From an uncultured Chloroflexia bacterium (GTDB lineage Bacteria; Chloroflexota; Limnocylindria; Limnocylindrales; CSP1-4), in assembly GCA_963833225.1 (NCBI GenBank), contig CAWHXD010000019.1:704001-768000 (forward strand): a DNA stretch of 64,000 nt, read 5' to 3'. This document shows positions 9,957 to 20,010 of the stretch, piece after piece. The position numbers and the translations under genes were made by a program. The stretch's first letter is position 1; each line of letters starts with the position of its first letter. The notes beneath the pieces are model-generated. The model saw only the letters and a program-made list of their open reading frames with translations. It was not told where the DNA came from and did no database searches.

Positions 9957-10922
9957 TCAGACCATCGGACTCGCGTCGGTCTCGGCGATGGGCTCGCGGT
10001 CCGGGGCAGACCGGACCTGGAGCACGAGCGCCCCGGCGAGAACCAGGATGCCGCCCAGGATCTGGAGCGGGAGCAGCGCCTCGCCCAGCAGCAGGGCGGC
10101 GAGCACCACCCCGACCACCGGCTCGAACAGCATCAGGATCCCGGTGCGCGTGCCGCCGATGGTCCGAATCGCGGTCAGGAACAACAGCGAGGAGATGCCC
10201 GCAGCCGCGACCCCGGCAACGGCGATGACGGGCCACGAGCCCGGGTCCCGGAACGGCACCAGCAGGTCCTCGCCCTGCCCGGCCACGACGGCGATCAGCG
10301 AAGCCCCAACCACCGATGTCGCCAGGATCACGAGGGTCGCGGCGTCCGCCGGCACGCTCGCATACCCGCCGCGGCTCACGGTCATGAATACGACCTGGCT
10401 GGCCGCGGCGGCGAGCCCGAGCCCGATCCCGAGCAGGCTCAACGGCCGGTCGCCGGCGTCGCCCATGCCGCCTGCCAGCACGAGCACGACGCCGCCGAAC
10501 GAGAGCAGCAGCGCCACCAGTCGCACGACGGACATGCGCTCGCGCCCCAGCGCCAGGTCGATCGCCACCACGCCGGCGGGATAGAGGTAGAACAGCATCA
10601 GGGCGAGCGCGATCGGCACCAGGCCAAAGGCGGTGAAGATGGACACGTTGAGGGTCACGCCCATGAGCGAGGCCACCGCGAGGGACGCCCGCCCTCGCCG
10701 TGACAGCCCGCGCACGGCGGCGAGCGACGAGCCCGCGGCCCCTCGCGACGCGATCAGCACGCCCAGGAACACGACCCCCAGGACGGCCCGCCAGGCCGTG
10801 AACGCGACGCCCCCCACGCCGGCCTCGTCGCCGAAGCGGGCGAGAGGCCCCAGCATTCCGAACAGCGACGCCGCCAACACGGCGGCGAGCGTCCCGATCA
10901 GCGGCGCGCGGTTCGAGGCCAT
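9957..10922 (-). CDS. EamA/DMT-family transporter
   Basis: ~10 TM helices, LALMLFYLYP and LMLFEPVVGVVLAALLLGE motifs. Confidence 0.88.
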   Translation of the reverse strand: MASNRAPLIGTLAAVLAASLFGMLGPLARFGDEAGVGGVAFTAWRAVLGVVFLGVLIASRGAAGSSLAAVRGLSRRGRASLAVASLMGVTLNVSIFTAFGLVPIALALMLFYLYPAGVVAIDLALGRERMSVVRLVALLLSFGGVVLVLAGGMGDAGDRPLSLLGIGLGLAAAASQVVFMTVSRGGYASVPADAATLVILATSVVGASLIAVVAGQGEDLLVPFRDPGSWPVIAVAGVAAAGISSLLFLTAIRTIGGTRTGILMLFEPVVGVVLAALLLGEALLPLQILGGILVLAGALVLQVRSAPDREPIAETDASPMV

Positions 10923-10966
10923 GACAGCGATGGTACCGGCGGGCCTCGTCGCCGGAGGACGCGCGC

Positions 10967-11971
10967 TCAGCGCGGCAGGATCGTCCCGAGGCCCCGTTCC
11001 GTGGCGGCAGCGAGGATGGCCGAGCCGAAGACCACGTCCGCGAGCCCGGTCCCGAGGTGGGTCGCGACCACCCGCCCGGCGGGCCGTCGCACGCCGGCGA
11101 TCAGCGCCTCGCCGAAGGTCATCGCCGGGTCCGGATAGCCGTCGAAGTTGCCCATGTCCCGGTTGGCGACGAACTGCGCGACATGGTCCACGAGGAACAG
11201 GCCGGCATCCCGGGCCACCTCGGCCGAGCAGTAGGTCGCGTAGTCGACCGGCACCACGAGCGCGCCCGGCGCAAGCCATTCGCTGGTCATGACCTGGCGC
11301 TCCGGTGGCGCCACGAACGAGGCGACGGTGACGACGACATCGGCGCCGTCGACCGCGGCGCGTGCGGTGGTCGCCACCGCCGCCGACCCGATCCCGGCCG
11401 TCGATGCCGCGAGATCCGCAAGGGCTGCCGCGCGCGACGGGTCCCGGTCGAACAGGGTCAACGACACCCCCGGCAGCACGTGTCCCAGCACCGGCACGTG
11501 CCTCCGGCCCTGCACGCCGGCCCCGATCAACGCGGCGCGCAGCGGGCGCCCGGCCGGGGCTGCCGGAGCCCAGGCACGGATCGCCACGCCGCTGATCGCG
11601 GCGGTGCGCTCCGCCGTGATCGGCCCCGCGTCAAGGATCGCGACGGGCACGGTCGTGATCGGGTCGTTGAGCAGGAGCAGGGCGTAGATGCCGGCGAGCC
11701 CGGTGGCGTTGTTGGCCGGGTTGCCGCTGACCCATTTCATCCCGATCCGGTCCTCCGAGCCGTCGGCGGCCGACCCCGGCAGCCTCGCCGGCATCGCATG
11801 GGCAAAGGATGCCGAGGGCACCGGGTGCAGCCCGACCTTGACCGGCAGCTCCGCATTGCCGGCGAGCCCGCGCAGGGTGAGCTCGGCGAGGGCGAGTCGG
11901 CTGGGCAGGTCCGGCATCGCCGCCTCGACGTCCGCGGCGGTCAGGTAGCGCAGGGGAGGCAGGCCGGTCAT
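10967..11971 (-). CDS. Ornithine cyclodeaminase/mu-crystallin family protein
   Basis: HAMPA, GMKWVS, ITAERTAA, IGAGVQG, GTGLAD motifs. Confidence 0.85.
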   Translation of the reverse strand: MTGLPPLRYLTAADVEAAMPDLPSRLALAELTLRGLAGNAELPVKVGLHPVPSASFAHAMPARLPGSAADGSEDRIGMKWVSGNPANNATGLAGIYALLLLNDPITTVPVAILDAGPITAERTAAISGVAIRAWAPAAPAGRPLRAALIGAGVQGRRHVPVLGHVLPGVSLTLFDRDPSRAAALADLAASTAGIGSAAVATTARAAVDGADVVVTVASFVAPPERQVMTSEWLAPGALVVPVDYATYCSAEVARDAGLFLVDHVAQFVANRDMGNFDGYPDPAMTFGEALIAGVRRPAGRVVATHLGTGLADVVFGSAILAAATERGLGTILPR

Positions 11972-12032
11972 CGTTGAGAGTGTAGGACTGGTCGCTGCGC
12001 TCCCGGCGCACGCCTTCGCTACCCTTGGGCCC

Positions 12033-13295
12033 GTGAACATCGCCCAGAGCCTCGAGAACCTCCGGCTGGAGCAGGACGCCGTGGCTCTCTACGACGCCCT
12101 CGCCGGGATCGAGAAGGATCCACGCCGCGCGGAGGCGTTCCGCCACATCGCGGACAACGAGCGCCGCCACGCCGCCATCTGGGCGACGCGCCTCCGGGAG
12201 CTTGGCGCCACCGTGCCGCCGGCAGCCCGCCCGCGCGTCCGGGTGCGGTTCATCATCCTGGCCGCCCGTCTCCTGGGCACCAGGGCCGTCTCGGACCTGG
12301 TCAAGGCGCTCGAGGGTGACGAGGGCGAGATCTACGATGCCCAGGAGGCGAACCCCGCGATCGAGTCGATCGCCGCGGACGAGCGCGAGCACGCGCAGAT
12401 CTGGAAGCGCCTCGACGGCGAGCAGCCGACGGCACCAGCGGCGACCGGCCGCGGTTACGCCAGCGGGACCGGTGGCGGCCGGACCGCTGGAACGGGACGT
12501 CGGGCGGGCAGCCGGGCACAGGCCACGCGGCGCGTCACCGCGACGGCGCATCCGCCCGTGGGTTCCGGCGACGGTGGCTCGGCCGAGGCCGTCACCAAGG
12601 GTGAGACGTGGCACCGAAGTGCTCGGTCCGGGACGCTGAGGGCGATCATCTTTGGCGTCAGCGACGGCCTCGTCTCCAACCTCTCGCTCGTGATGGGCGT
12701 GGCCGGTGCGTCGAACCAGGGCTCGCTCATCCTCCTCGCGGGCGTTGCCGGTCTCCTCGCGGGCGCCTTCTCGATGGCCGCCGGCGAGTACATCTCGATG
12801 CAGAGCCAGCGCGAGCTGTTCGAGCACCAGATCGAGCTGGAGCGCGCCGAGCTGGAGGCGATGCCCGGCGAGGAGCAGCAGGAGCTCACCGAGATCTACG
12901 TCGCCAAGGGGTTCCCGCGCGAGGAGGCGGAGCGCATCGCGGAGCGGATGTTCGAGGAACCGGCGACGGCGCTCGACGCGCTCGTCCGCGAGGAGCTCGG
13001 GCTTGATCCGGACGAGCTTGGCTCCCCGTGGGGAGCCGCGTTCGGCTCGTTCCTGGCCTTCGCGATCGGCGCGGTGATCCCTGTCGTGCCATACGTGTTC
13101 GGGAGCGGAGCGCCGGCGTTCGCGATCAGCCTTGGCGTGTCGCTCGTGGCGCTGTTCGCGGTCGGCGCCGGCGTGAGCCTGCTCACCGGCAAGGGGGTGG
13201 CGTTCAGCGGCCTGCGTCAGCTGGGGATCGGCGCCGCGGCGGCCGCGGTCACGTATCTCGTCGGGAGCCTCATCGGCGTCGGGGTCGGCGGGTGA
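12033..13295 (+). CDS. VIT1/CCC1 iron transporter with N-terminal ferritin/rubrerythrin-like domain
   Basis: E..H diiron motifs (NERRH, DEREH), then IFGVSDGLVSN and FSMAAGEYISM. Confidence 0.9.
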   Translation: MNIAQSLENLRLEQDAVALYDALAGIEKDPRRAEAFRHIADNERRHAAIWATRLRELGATVPPAARPRVRVRFIILAARLLGTRAVSDLVKALEGDEGEIYDAQEANPAIESIAADEREHAQIWKRLDGEQPTAPAATGRGYASGTGGGRTAGTGRRAGSRAQATRRVTATAHPPVGSGDGGSAEAVTKGETWHRSARSGTLRAIIFGVSDGLVSNLSLVMGVAGASNQGSLILLAGVAGLLAGAFSMAAGEYISMQSQRELFEHQIELERAELEAMPGEEQQELTEIYVAKGFPREEAERIAERMFEEPATALDALVREELGLDPDELGSPWGAAFGSFLAFAIGAVIPVVPYVFGSGAPAFAISLGVSLVALFAVGAGVSLLTGKGVAFSGLRQLGIGAAAAAVTYLVGSLIGVGVGG

Positions 13296-13609
13296 GCCCG
13301 GGCCAGCTGGCGGCGCGGCTTCGGGCGGAGGGCCTTGCCCCCGGCTCGTGGTCGAACGGACCCGGCGACCGGTACGCGCCGCATGCGCACGACTACGACA
13401 AGGTGCTCGTGTGCGCCGCCGGTTCGGTGCGGTTCGGCGTCCCGGACCGTGGGTCCGCGGTGGATCTCGGGGAGGGCGATCGGCTCGACCTGCCGGCCGG
13501 CACCCGCCACGACGCGGTCGTGGGCCAGGATGGCGTCACCTGCCTGGAGGCGCACCTGCCCGCGGGCACGCTCGGTGCGCTTCGACGGCACGCCGCCGGG
13601 ACCTGGTAG
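13292..13609 (+). CDS. Cupin domain protein
   Basis: WSNGPGDRYAPHAHDYDKVL and GDRLDLPAGTRH cupin motifs; GTG overlaps the upstream stop. Confidence 0.8.
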   Translation: MSPGQLAARLRAEGLAPGSWSNGPGDRYAPHAHDYDKVLVCAAGSVRFGVPDRGSAVDLGEGDRLDLPAGTRHDAVVGQDGVTCLEAHLPAGTLGALRRHAAGTW

Positions 13610-13623
13610 CGGCAGGCCTCGCC

Positions 13624-14556
13624 TTAGGGGACGGTCCCCACGCAGGCCAGCGCGCCGGCAGAACCGCGGAGCGTGTAGCGATCGACCGACGCCGGGACCA
13701 CGAGGGTGTCCATCGGCTGCAGGACCTCGTTCCAGCCGTCACCGGCGACATCGAGCGTGCCGCGGATCGATGTCACCACCTCGCACGTTCGCCCGGCCGG
13801 AAGGCGCGTGACCGGGCCATCGAGCTCGGGTAGCTCCAGGCGCAGCTGGGGGGTCTCGAGCGCGCCGCCGTCGAGCCGGAACCCGGTCCCGCTGAGCTCC
13901 GCGACCTGGGTCGGCTGCAGCGCCCGCAGGGCTTCCGCCACGTGCAACGCCCGGCCGCCGGGACGGCCCCAGTCAGAGATGCGGAACGTCAGGTCGGAGG
14001 GCTGCTCGATCTCGTAGACGAAGGTTCCGGCGCCGATCGCGTGCATCGTCCCGGGCCGGAGCAGCCACGTGTCGCCCGGAACGGCCGCCGTCCGGCGGCA
14101 GTGCCGGAGGTCCGCCTCGCCGGCCCCGACCGCCGCCATCAGCGCTGGCGGGCCAACCTCGGGTGATGGTCCAGTGACCAGGTTCGCGCCCGGCTTCGCG
14201 TCGATCACGAGCCAGGCTTCGGCCTTGCCGACGGCGTCCGAGCCGTACAGCTCGCGGGCCAGGGCGTCGTCCGGATGGACCTGCAGCGACAGCCGGTCGG
14301 CAGCGTCGATGACCTTGATCAGCAGGGGGAAGCGCCGGCCCAGCAGGGCCACGCCCTGGGTCCCGACCAGGGCCTCGCCGTCCTTCTCGGCGAGCGTGTC
14401 CAGCGTCTGCCCCACGCCGTCCACGACGACCATGGATTCGGGGCCCGCCAGCCACAGCTCGCCAATGTGCGCGTCCGCGGCGCCCAGACGCGTGCCGGCC
14501 CACGGGCGGACGCTGGGTGCGGGGAGAGGCCGGTACGGCGTCGGGAGAGCGGGCAA
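13624..14556 (-). CDS. manA: Class I mannose-6-phosphate isomerase
   Basis: FPLLIKVIDA, LSLQVHPDD, GKAEAW, HAIG, EIEQPSDLTFR; TTG start after AGGAG. Confidence 0.85.
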   Translation of the reverse strand: MPALPTPYRPLPAPSVRPWAGTRLGAADAHIGELWLAGPESMVVVDGVGQTLDTLAEKDGEALVGTQGVALLGRRFPLLIKVIDAADRLSLQVHPDDALARELYGSDAVGKAEAWLVIDAKPGANLVTGPSPEVGPPALMAAVGAGEADLRHCRRTAAVPGDTWLLRPGTMHAIGAGTFVYEIEQPSDLTFRISDWGRPGGRALHVAEALRALQPTQVAELSGTGFRLDGGALETPQLRLELPELDGPVTRLPAGRTCEVVTSIRGTLDVAGDGWNEVLQPMDTLVVPASVDRYTLRGSAGALACVGTVP

Positions 14557-14617
14557 CTTGCGGGCTCCTGTGCGTGGGCGGAGCCAGCATTGTAGGTGCT
14601 GGGATCCCCCGAACATG

Positions 14618-14648
14618 ACGAAACCCCGGCCAATGGCCGGGGTTTCGT
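14618..14648. terminator. Intrinsic terminator hairpin downstream of the small minus-strand gene
   Basis: ACGAAACCCCGGCC-AAT-GGCCGGGGTTTCGT perfect 14-bp stem. Confidence 0.75.
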
Positions 14649-14669
14649 GCAGTAGGCTGTGGGACGCGC

Positions 14670-14804
14670 TTACCGGCGGCCGATGGTGCCCCAGAGGATC
14701 GGATTGTCCCTGGGGTCGGTCAGCCGCTGGGGGTCCTCGGCGCTCATCACGATGCTGACGATCGAGAACAGCGCGAGGAGCGTGAACACGGCAACGAGCA
14801 CCAT
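14670..14804 (-). CDS. 44-aa small membrane protein
   Basis: MVLVAVFTLLALFSIVSIVM hydrophobic helix, GAAGG RBS, own promoter and terminator. Confidence 0.6.
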   Translation of the reverse strand: MVLVAVFTLLALFSIVSIVMSAEDPQRLTDPRDNPILWGTIGRR

Positions 14805-14901
14805 GTCTGAACCTTCGCTAAACGGGGCTGGGCCGCGGACCGTGAGGTCCCGCCGGCCATTCCGGCGAGGTCGGCACCCCAGACGTAACCCTGATTGAGT
14901 G

Positions 14902-14930
14902 ACTATACCTAAGATACGAAGGTTCTGCAA
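14902..14930 (-). promoter_or_regulatory. Sigma70-type promoter for the small protein gene
   Basis: TTGCAG-17 nt-TATAGT on the minus strand. Confidence 0.65.
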
Positions 14931-14957
14931 TAGGATCGCCTAATGAATAGGTACTAG

Positions 14958-15452
14958 ATGAGCAAGAACATCCCTCTCAGCGACAACGACGCCCGCGTCC
15001 TCGAGATCCTCCAGGTCCAGGGCCGTCGTTCGTACGCGGACCTCGCCTCGGACCTCGGCATGGCCGCTCCGTCCGTCCACGAGCGAGTGAAGAAGCTCGA
15101 GGCCAGGGGGGTCATCCGGGGCTACGCAGCCGACGTGGACCCGGCCGCGGTCGGGCTGTCCGTCCTCGCGTTCACCTGGGTCACGCAGGCACCTGGGACG
15201 GTGTCCAAGGACCTGACGCCGGAGTTCAGCGCCATCCCCGAGATCGAGGAGTGCCATCACATCACCGGCGAGGCGGACTACATCGTCAAGATCCGCGCCC
15301 GCGACATGGAGCACCTCGGGGTGATCGTGCGCCAGATCCAGATCACGGAGGACGTGTTCGCAACCGAGACCGACGTGGTGTTCACCACGGGGTTCGAGCG
15401 TCGCCCGCTGCCCCTCACGACCGGGTCCGACGAGAACGTTGAAACCAGGTGA
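14958..15452 (+). CDS. Lrp/AsnC family transcriptional regulator
   Basis: N-terminal HTH (SYADLASDLGMAAPSVHERVKKLE), ECHHITGEADYIVKI. Confidence 0.92.
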   Translation: MSKNIPLSDNDARVLEILQVQGRRSYADLASDLGMAAPSVHERVKKLEARGVIRGYAADVDPAAVGLSVLAFTWVTQAPGTVSKDLTPEFSAIPEIEECHHITGEADYIVKIRARDMEHLGVIVRQIQITEDVFATETDVVFTTGFERRPLPLTTGSDENVETR

Positions 15453-15470
15453 GGCGGGAGCGCGTAGAGA

Positions 15471-16142
15471 ATGACGGAGCGTCGCGCGGGTGCAACCGAT
15501 GAGGCCGCGCTCGTTCGAGCCGTAGCCGGCGGTTCGGAGGAGGCCTTCGCGGCGCTCTACGACCAGCACGTCCACGGCGTCCATTCGGTGGCCGTCCGGC
15601 TGTCGGGCGATCGGGGACTCGCCGAGGAGGTTGTGCAGGAAACGTTCCTCGCGCTCTGGAACCGGGCCGAGCTGTTCGACCCGGCGCTCGCGTCGCTCTC
15701 GACCTGGCTCCGATCGATCGCGCGGAACCGGACGGTTGACCGGCTCCGTGCCAGGGGCCGTCGGCCGACGCTCGTGTCGCTCGGGAGCCCCGGGGATCCC
15801 GACGAAGCCGACCAGGGGCTCGACCGGTTGCCGGCCGATGCGGCGGTGATCGGGGGTGCCGCGCCGGACGCGGGTCCGGAGGCCGCCGCCGAGGCGGCCT
15901 CGGTGCGAGCCGTGATCACAGCCGCACTGGCCACGATGCCCGAGGTGGAACGCAACGTGATCGTGCTGGCCTATCGTGAGGGCCTCACCCAACAGGAGAT
16001 CGCCGAGCGGCTGGACTGGCCGCTGGGCACGGTGAAGACGCGGACTCGACGGGCGCTTGCTCGCCTGCGGGAGCTGCTCGAGGCGGACGAGGCGCCGGTC
16101 GGGGCCGGCGTCGGCCGCGGGGATGAACATGGATCACGCTGA
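15471..16142 (+). CDS. ECF sigma-70 factor (SigK-like)
   Basis: AEEVVQETFLALW, WLRSIARNRTVD, region 4 EIAERLDWPLGTVKTR. Confidence 0.92.
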   Translation: MTERRAGATDEAALVRAVAGGSEEAFAALYDQHVHGVHSVAVRLSGDRGLAEEVVQETFLALWNRAELFDPALASLSTWLRSIARNRTVDRLRARGRRPTLVSLGSPGDPDEADQGLDRLPADAAVIGGAAPDAGPEAAAEAASVRAVITAALATMPEVERNVIVLAYREGLTQQEIAERLDWPLGTVKTRTRRALARLRELLEADEAPVGAGVGRGDEHGSR

Positions 16143-16986
16143 GGCTCTGGAGCTGATCGAGGTCGCGGCCGTCGAGCCCGGCGGCCTCGATCGGCTGATG
16201 GCGGGCGACACGCCGGAGAGCGGCGCGGTTGCCGGCCATCTTGCCGGTTGTCCCGCATGCACGGCGCAGCTGGTGCGGGTTCGCCGGACGGCGGCTGTCG
16301 TCCGCGACGTGATCGCGACCTCGCCCGATCCGGCCCTGCGCGAGCGCACGCTCGCGTTCGTCCGCGAGGTTGGCCGTGATCGGCCCGTCGAGATGGCCCA
16401 GCCCGCCGCCGGCGATGTGGACTCGCACGGACCGGCTCCGTTGCCCGCCCAGCCATCGCCCGGGGCACCGGTCGCGGTCGCGTCCCGGTTCGCTTCGCCG
16501 TTGCGCGGCTGGCTGCGCTATGGCGCCGTCGCGGCGGCGCTCGTGCTCGCCGCGGGGATCGGCTTCGGTGCCGCGACGATCCGCAGCCCCGAGCCGCAGC
16601 TCGGGCATGAGGTCCAGGCCCTCGAAGCCGCGACCCAGATGACGCTGCGGCTCGAGGCTCGATCCGACCGGCAGCGCGTCGCCCTGGTGGCGACCGATGC
16701 CGGCGGCACGGCATCCGGCACCCTCCTGTTCTCGCCGTCGACCGGCGAGCTGGTGATGGTCGCGGAGGGGCTCCCGCCGCTCGCCGCGGGCGAGGAGTAC
16801 GGCTGCTGGGTGGAGGTGAACGGGGCCAGGACCCGGATCGGTCGGATGTACCCGGGTGGCAACCTCCAAGCCTGGGCAGGATCGGCGGACGGCCTCGCCG
16901 CGCTGCCGCCGGGTTCGAGGTTCGGGGTGTCACGAGTGCCGGCGGGGGCCGTGGCCGGCGAACCGGTGCTCGTGGGCGGCGTCTGA
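16129..16986 (+). CDS. Anti-sigma factor (ZAS motif plus RskA-like domain)
   Basis: HLAGCPAC zinc motif, one TM helix, C-terminal RskA-like domain; overlaps the sigma gene. Confidence 0.82.
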   Translation: MDHAEALELIEVAAVEPGGLDRLMAGDTPESGAVAGHLAGCPACTAQLVRVRRTAAVVRDVIATSPDPALRERTLAFVREVGRDRPVEMAQPAAGDVDSHGPAPLPAQPSPGAPVAVASRFASPLRGWLRYGAVAAALVLAAGIGFGAATIRSPEPQLGHEVQALEAATQMTLRLEARSDRQRVALVATDAGGTASGTLLFSPSTGELVMVAEGLPPLAAGEEYGCWVEVNGARTRIGRMYPGGNLQAWAGSADGLAALPPGSRFGVSRVPAGAVAGEPVLVGGV

Positions 16987-17059
16987 ACGGAAGCCGCCGG
17001 TCCGGTTGACAGCGGCGCGACGCACGGAGCGACGCGGGGCCGGATCCCGACGGAAGCTG

Positions 17060-17368
17060 CTAGCCCGCGCCTCCCGGATCGCTGCTGGCCCGCTGGTTCC
17101 GCTCGAGCTCCGTGAGCTCAGCCGGATCAACGAACGTGTCCGGCGGGGCAAAGCCGAGGTATCGGCGATGCGCGTGGAGGACGCGCTCCACGCCGCCGCG
17201 GTCCGGCCCGCCCTGGAGCGACCGGGCGATCCAGCCGGCCTCCGCGGCCAGCTCCTCCTCGGTGATCTCCTCCTCCCGACGCTGGCTGTCGGCCAGTACC
17301 AGCCACGTGAGGGCCACGCCGGCGACCGCGCCGACGACAAGGAGCCACCAGTTGAAGTCGCCGCTCAT
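17060..17368 (-). CDS. Hypothetical membrane-anchored protein
   Basis: N-terminal TM helix, acidic stretch, GC-frame codon use. Confidence 0.55.
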   Translation of the reverse strand: MSGDFNWWLLVVGAVAGVALTWLVLADSQRREEEITEEELAAEAGWIARSLQGGPDRGGVERVLHAHRRYLGFAPPDTFVDPAELTELERNQRASSDPGGAG

Positions 17369-17481
17369 CGGGCCGAGGATAACCGACGCGGCCGCTCGGC
17401 GCGGTCGGGCTCGCTGCGGGCGGTCGGCCGCTCTCCGGCCGCTCGGGCTACACTCCGCGCGATGTCCGTGCCAAGAGGTCG

Positions 17482-18579
17482 TTGTTGCAGCCGCTGATCG
17501 CTCTCATCAACGTCACCCCCGACCCCGTCGCCGTCCACCTCGGCCCGATCCCGCTGCTGTGGTACGGGATCGCCTATGCGGTCGGCCTCGCAGCCTCGTA
17601 CGTGGTGATCACGCGCGAGGCGCAGCGTCGCGGTCTCGATGCCCGGCTGGTGGACACGGGAATCGTGGTCGTCGCCGTCGCCGCCCTCCTGGGCGGTCGC
17701 CTCTATCACGTCATCGACCAGTGGCAGCGGTACAAGGACGACCTGCTGACGATCTTCCTGCCGATCGCCAGGACGGCCGACGGCGGCTACCAGTTCGCCG
17801 GGTTCACGGGCCTCGGGGTCTATGGCGGGATCATCACCGGCACGATCGCCGCGTGGGTGTTCATCCGTTACCGGAGGCAGTCCTTCTGGCGATGGGCCGA
17901 TGTCGTCGCGCCCGGCCTGTTCGTGATGCAGGCGATCGGGCGCTGGGGCAACTTCTTCAACCAGGAGCTCTATGGCCCCCCCACGACCCTGCCGTGGGGG
18001 ATCACCATCGACTGCGCCCATCGCATCGTCGACTACCCGTGCACGACCTTCCCGGAGGCAACCACCGGCTTCCACCCGCTGTTCCTGTACGAGTCCATCA
18101 GCGGGATCGCGGGCGCCATCACCCTGCTCTGGGTCGCGCGGCGGTTCGGGCCACGGATGCGCCCCGGAGACCTCCTCCTGCTGTGGGCCATGTGGTACGC
18201 CGTCGTACGCTTCTCGCTCGAGACCCTGCGCTCGGAGAACTGGACCCTCGGCGGCATCCCCACGGCCATGATCGTGAGCACCGTGATCTTCACCATCGCC
18301 GGTGCCACCCTGTTGTGGCGGCACCGCCCGGGTGCGGTGGGCGGGGATCGATGGGGGGAGCCGCCCGAGCGGGTCACCGACGTCGACATCGTGGAAGAGA
18401 TCGATGTCGATGACGAGCTGGTGGAGGAGATCGAGGTCGACGACGACGACGCGGCACCGGAAGACCGGGTCCCCGCTGCTGTTGATGCCACCGACGCGGA
18501 CGATGGGGCGACCAGGGACGGAGATGTCGAGATCGACGACGGGGCCGAGAGCGATCGTGGCCGCCCCGGTGGGGCCTGA
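17482..18579 (+). CDS. lgt: Prolipoprotein diacylglyceryl transferase with acidic C-terminal tail
   Basis: WYGIAY, GGRLYHV, QAIGRWGNFFNQELYG, HPLFLYE. Confidence 0.93.
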   Translation: MLQPLIALINVTPDPVAVHLGPIPLLWYGIAYAVGLAASYVVITREAQRRGLDARLVDTGIVVVAVAALLGGRLYHVIDQWQRYKDDLLTIFLPIARTADGGYQFAGFTGLGVYGGIITGTIAAWVFIRYRRQSFWRWADVVAPGLFVMQAIGRWGNFFNQELYGPPTTLPWGITIDCAHRIVDYPCTTFPEATTGFHPLFLYESISGIAGAITLLWVARRFGPRMRPGDLLLLWAMWYAVVRFSLETLRSENWTLGGIPTAMIVSTVIFTIAGATLLWRHRPGAVGGDRWGEPPERVTDVDIVEEIDVDDELVEEIEVDDDDAAPEDRVPAAVDATDADDGATRDGDVEIDDGAESDRGRPGGA

Positions 18580-19567
18580 GCAACCCGATCCCGAGCTGCC
18601 GGTCACGACCGGCGCTCCGGCCGGATCTCCGTCTCCCGCCGGCCCGGCGTCGCCCCCGGAGCTGGCCGTGCCCACCTCCGCTCCAGGGCCCGAGCCTCGC
18701 CCCATCCGCCGCCGTCCACGGTCGCGCCTGGAGCCGGGCGTGCTCGAGGCGGCCCGACGCGCGGGCACCCGGGAGGGCCTCGAGTGGCTCGGTCGCGAGC
18801 CCGAGTCGCCCGCGTCGATCCTGTTCCGGGCCGTTCGCGTGTTCGCCCGCGTCCTCGCGTTTGGCGTGTTCCGGTTCAGGATCGAGGCATCCGGTCGGGA
18901 GCACCTGCCGGCCGGTGGTGGCTACCTGCTCGTCGGGGCGGCGCATCGGGGCTGGATGGATCCGTTCGTGGTCATGCACGCGCTCCCCGTCGAGCCCCGC
19001 GCGTGGTTCCTGGGCAGCGGTCCGTCCACCTTCACCGCACGCTGGCGCGAGCGCTTCATCCACGCGCTCGGCGGGCTCCTGCCGGTGTGGCGGGGCGGAC
19101 TCGGGATCGACGCCCACGTCGCCGCGGCGCATGCGGTCCTGCGCAACGGCGGCATCTTCGTCCAGATGCCCGAGGGGACCGTGTCGGGACCCGCGGGCCA
19201 TATCGGTCCGTTCCGGCCCGGGGCCGCGCTGATCGCGATCCGGACCGGCGCCCCGCTCGTTCCACTCGTCATCGCGGGTACCGAGGAGCTGTACATCGGC
19301 CGCCGCATGGCCTCCAGGGTGCTGCCCGCGACATCGGCGCGCGAGCTGCTCGGCGATACCTGGGACGGAGACCTCCCGGAGCCCGGGTCGCGTGCCGAGC
19401 TCGAGCTGGCCAAGCGGCTCACGACCCGTCTCGAGGCGCTCCTCGGCCCCGAGGTCGAGGCGCTCCATCCACGAACCGTCGACCCGCCGTCGCGCCGGCG
19501 GCGGCTGCGAAGGCACCTTACCTGGCTGTTCCTGCGCCCTGGGCGCCTTGACCGCGACGAGGCCTGA
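18569..19567 (+). CDS. Lysophospholipid acyltransferase (PlsC family)
   Basis: HRGWMD (HxxxxD) and MPEGT motifs; start approximate. Confidence 0.8.
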   Translation: MGPEQPDPELPVTTGAPAGSPSPAGPASPPELAVPTSAPGPEPRPIRRRPRSRLEPGVLEAARRAGTREGLEWLGREPESPASILFRAVRVFARVLAFGVFRFRIEASGREHLPAGGGYLLVGAAHRGWMDPFVVMHALPVEPRAWFLGSGPSTFTARWRERFIHALGGLLPVWRGGLGIDAHVAAAHAVLRNGGIFVQMPEGTVSGPAGHIGPFRPGAALIAIRTGAPLVPLVIAGTEELYIGRRMASRVLPATSARELLGDTWDGDLPEPGSRAELELAKRLTTRLEALLGPEVEALHPRTVDPPSRRRRLRRHLTWLFLRPGRLDRDEA

Positions 19568-19986
19568 TCGGGGACCCGCGCTCCATGGCCGGATCCGACC
19601 CGGATCCCGCCCCTCTCCGGCACGCGAGCCCCTCTCCGGCACCGACGCGGGGCGCCTGACGCCCGAACGGTCCCGTGCTGCATCAGTCCGGGCCGTCGGC
19701 GCCCCATCCGTCGCGCCATTGGGCACGCCGGCGCATCAATCGGGGCTTCAGGCGCCCGTTTCGCTCCCCGCCGCGTCCGTTGGGGCTCCCGGCGCCCGCC
19801 CCGGGGGCCGCTACCCGGGAGACGCGCCCGGCGCCCGCCCGACGACCCCGACCCCATCCGGAGACGCCGCGGGCGGGGCCACGCAGGATCGGCCTCCGAG
19901 ACACTCGGCGCGCACCGATCACCACGGTCACCGACCCTCAGGATCCCCCGATCGCAACCCCAGGATCCCCTGGTCGCCGATTCCGC

Positions 19987-20010
19987 CAAGGTTGTGCAAC
20001 CTTGTATGAT
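19987..20010 (+). promoter_or_regulatory. Palindromic operator abutting a -10 box upstream of pckA
   Basis: CAAGGTTG-TG-CAACCTTG perfect 8-bp inverted repeat followed by TATGAT. Confidence 0.55.

Noticed and set aside
19568-19986. Possible gene or ncRNA in the gap before pckA
   Set aside because: Low-complexity GC sequence; no convincing ORF or recognisable RNA family.
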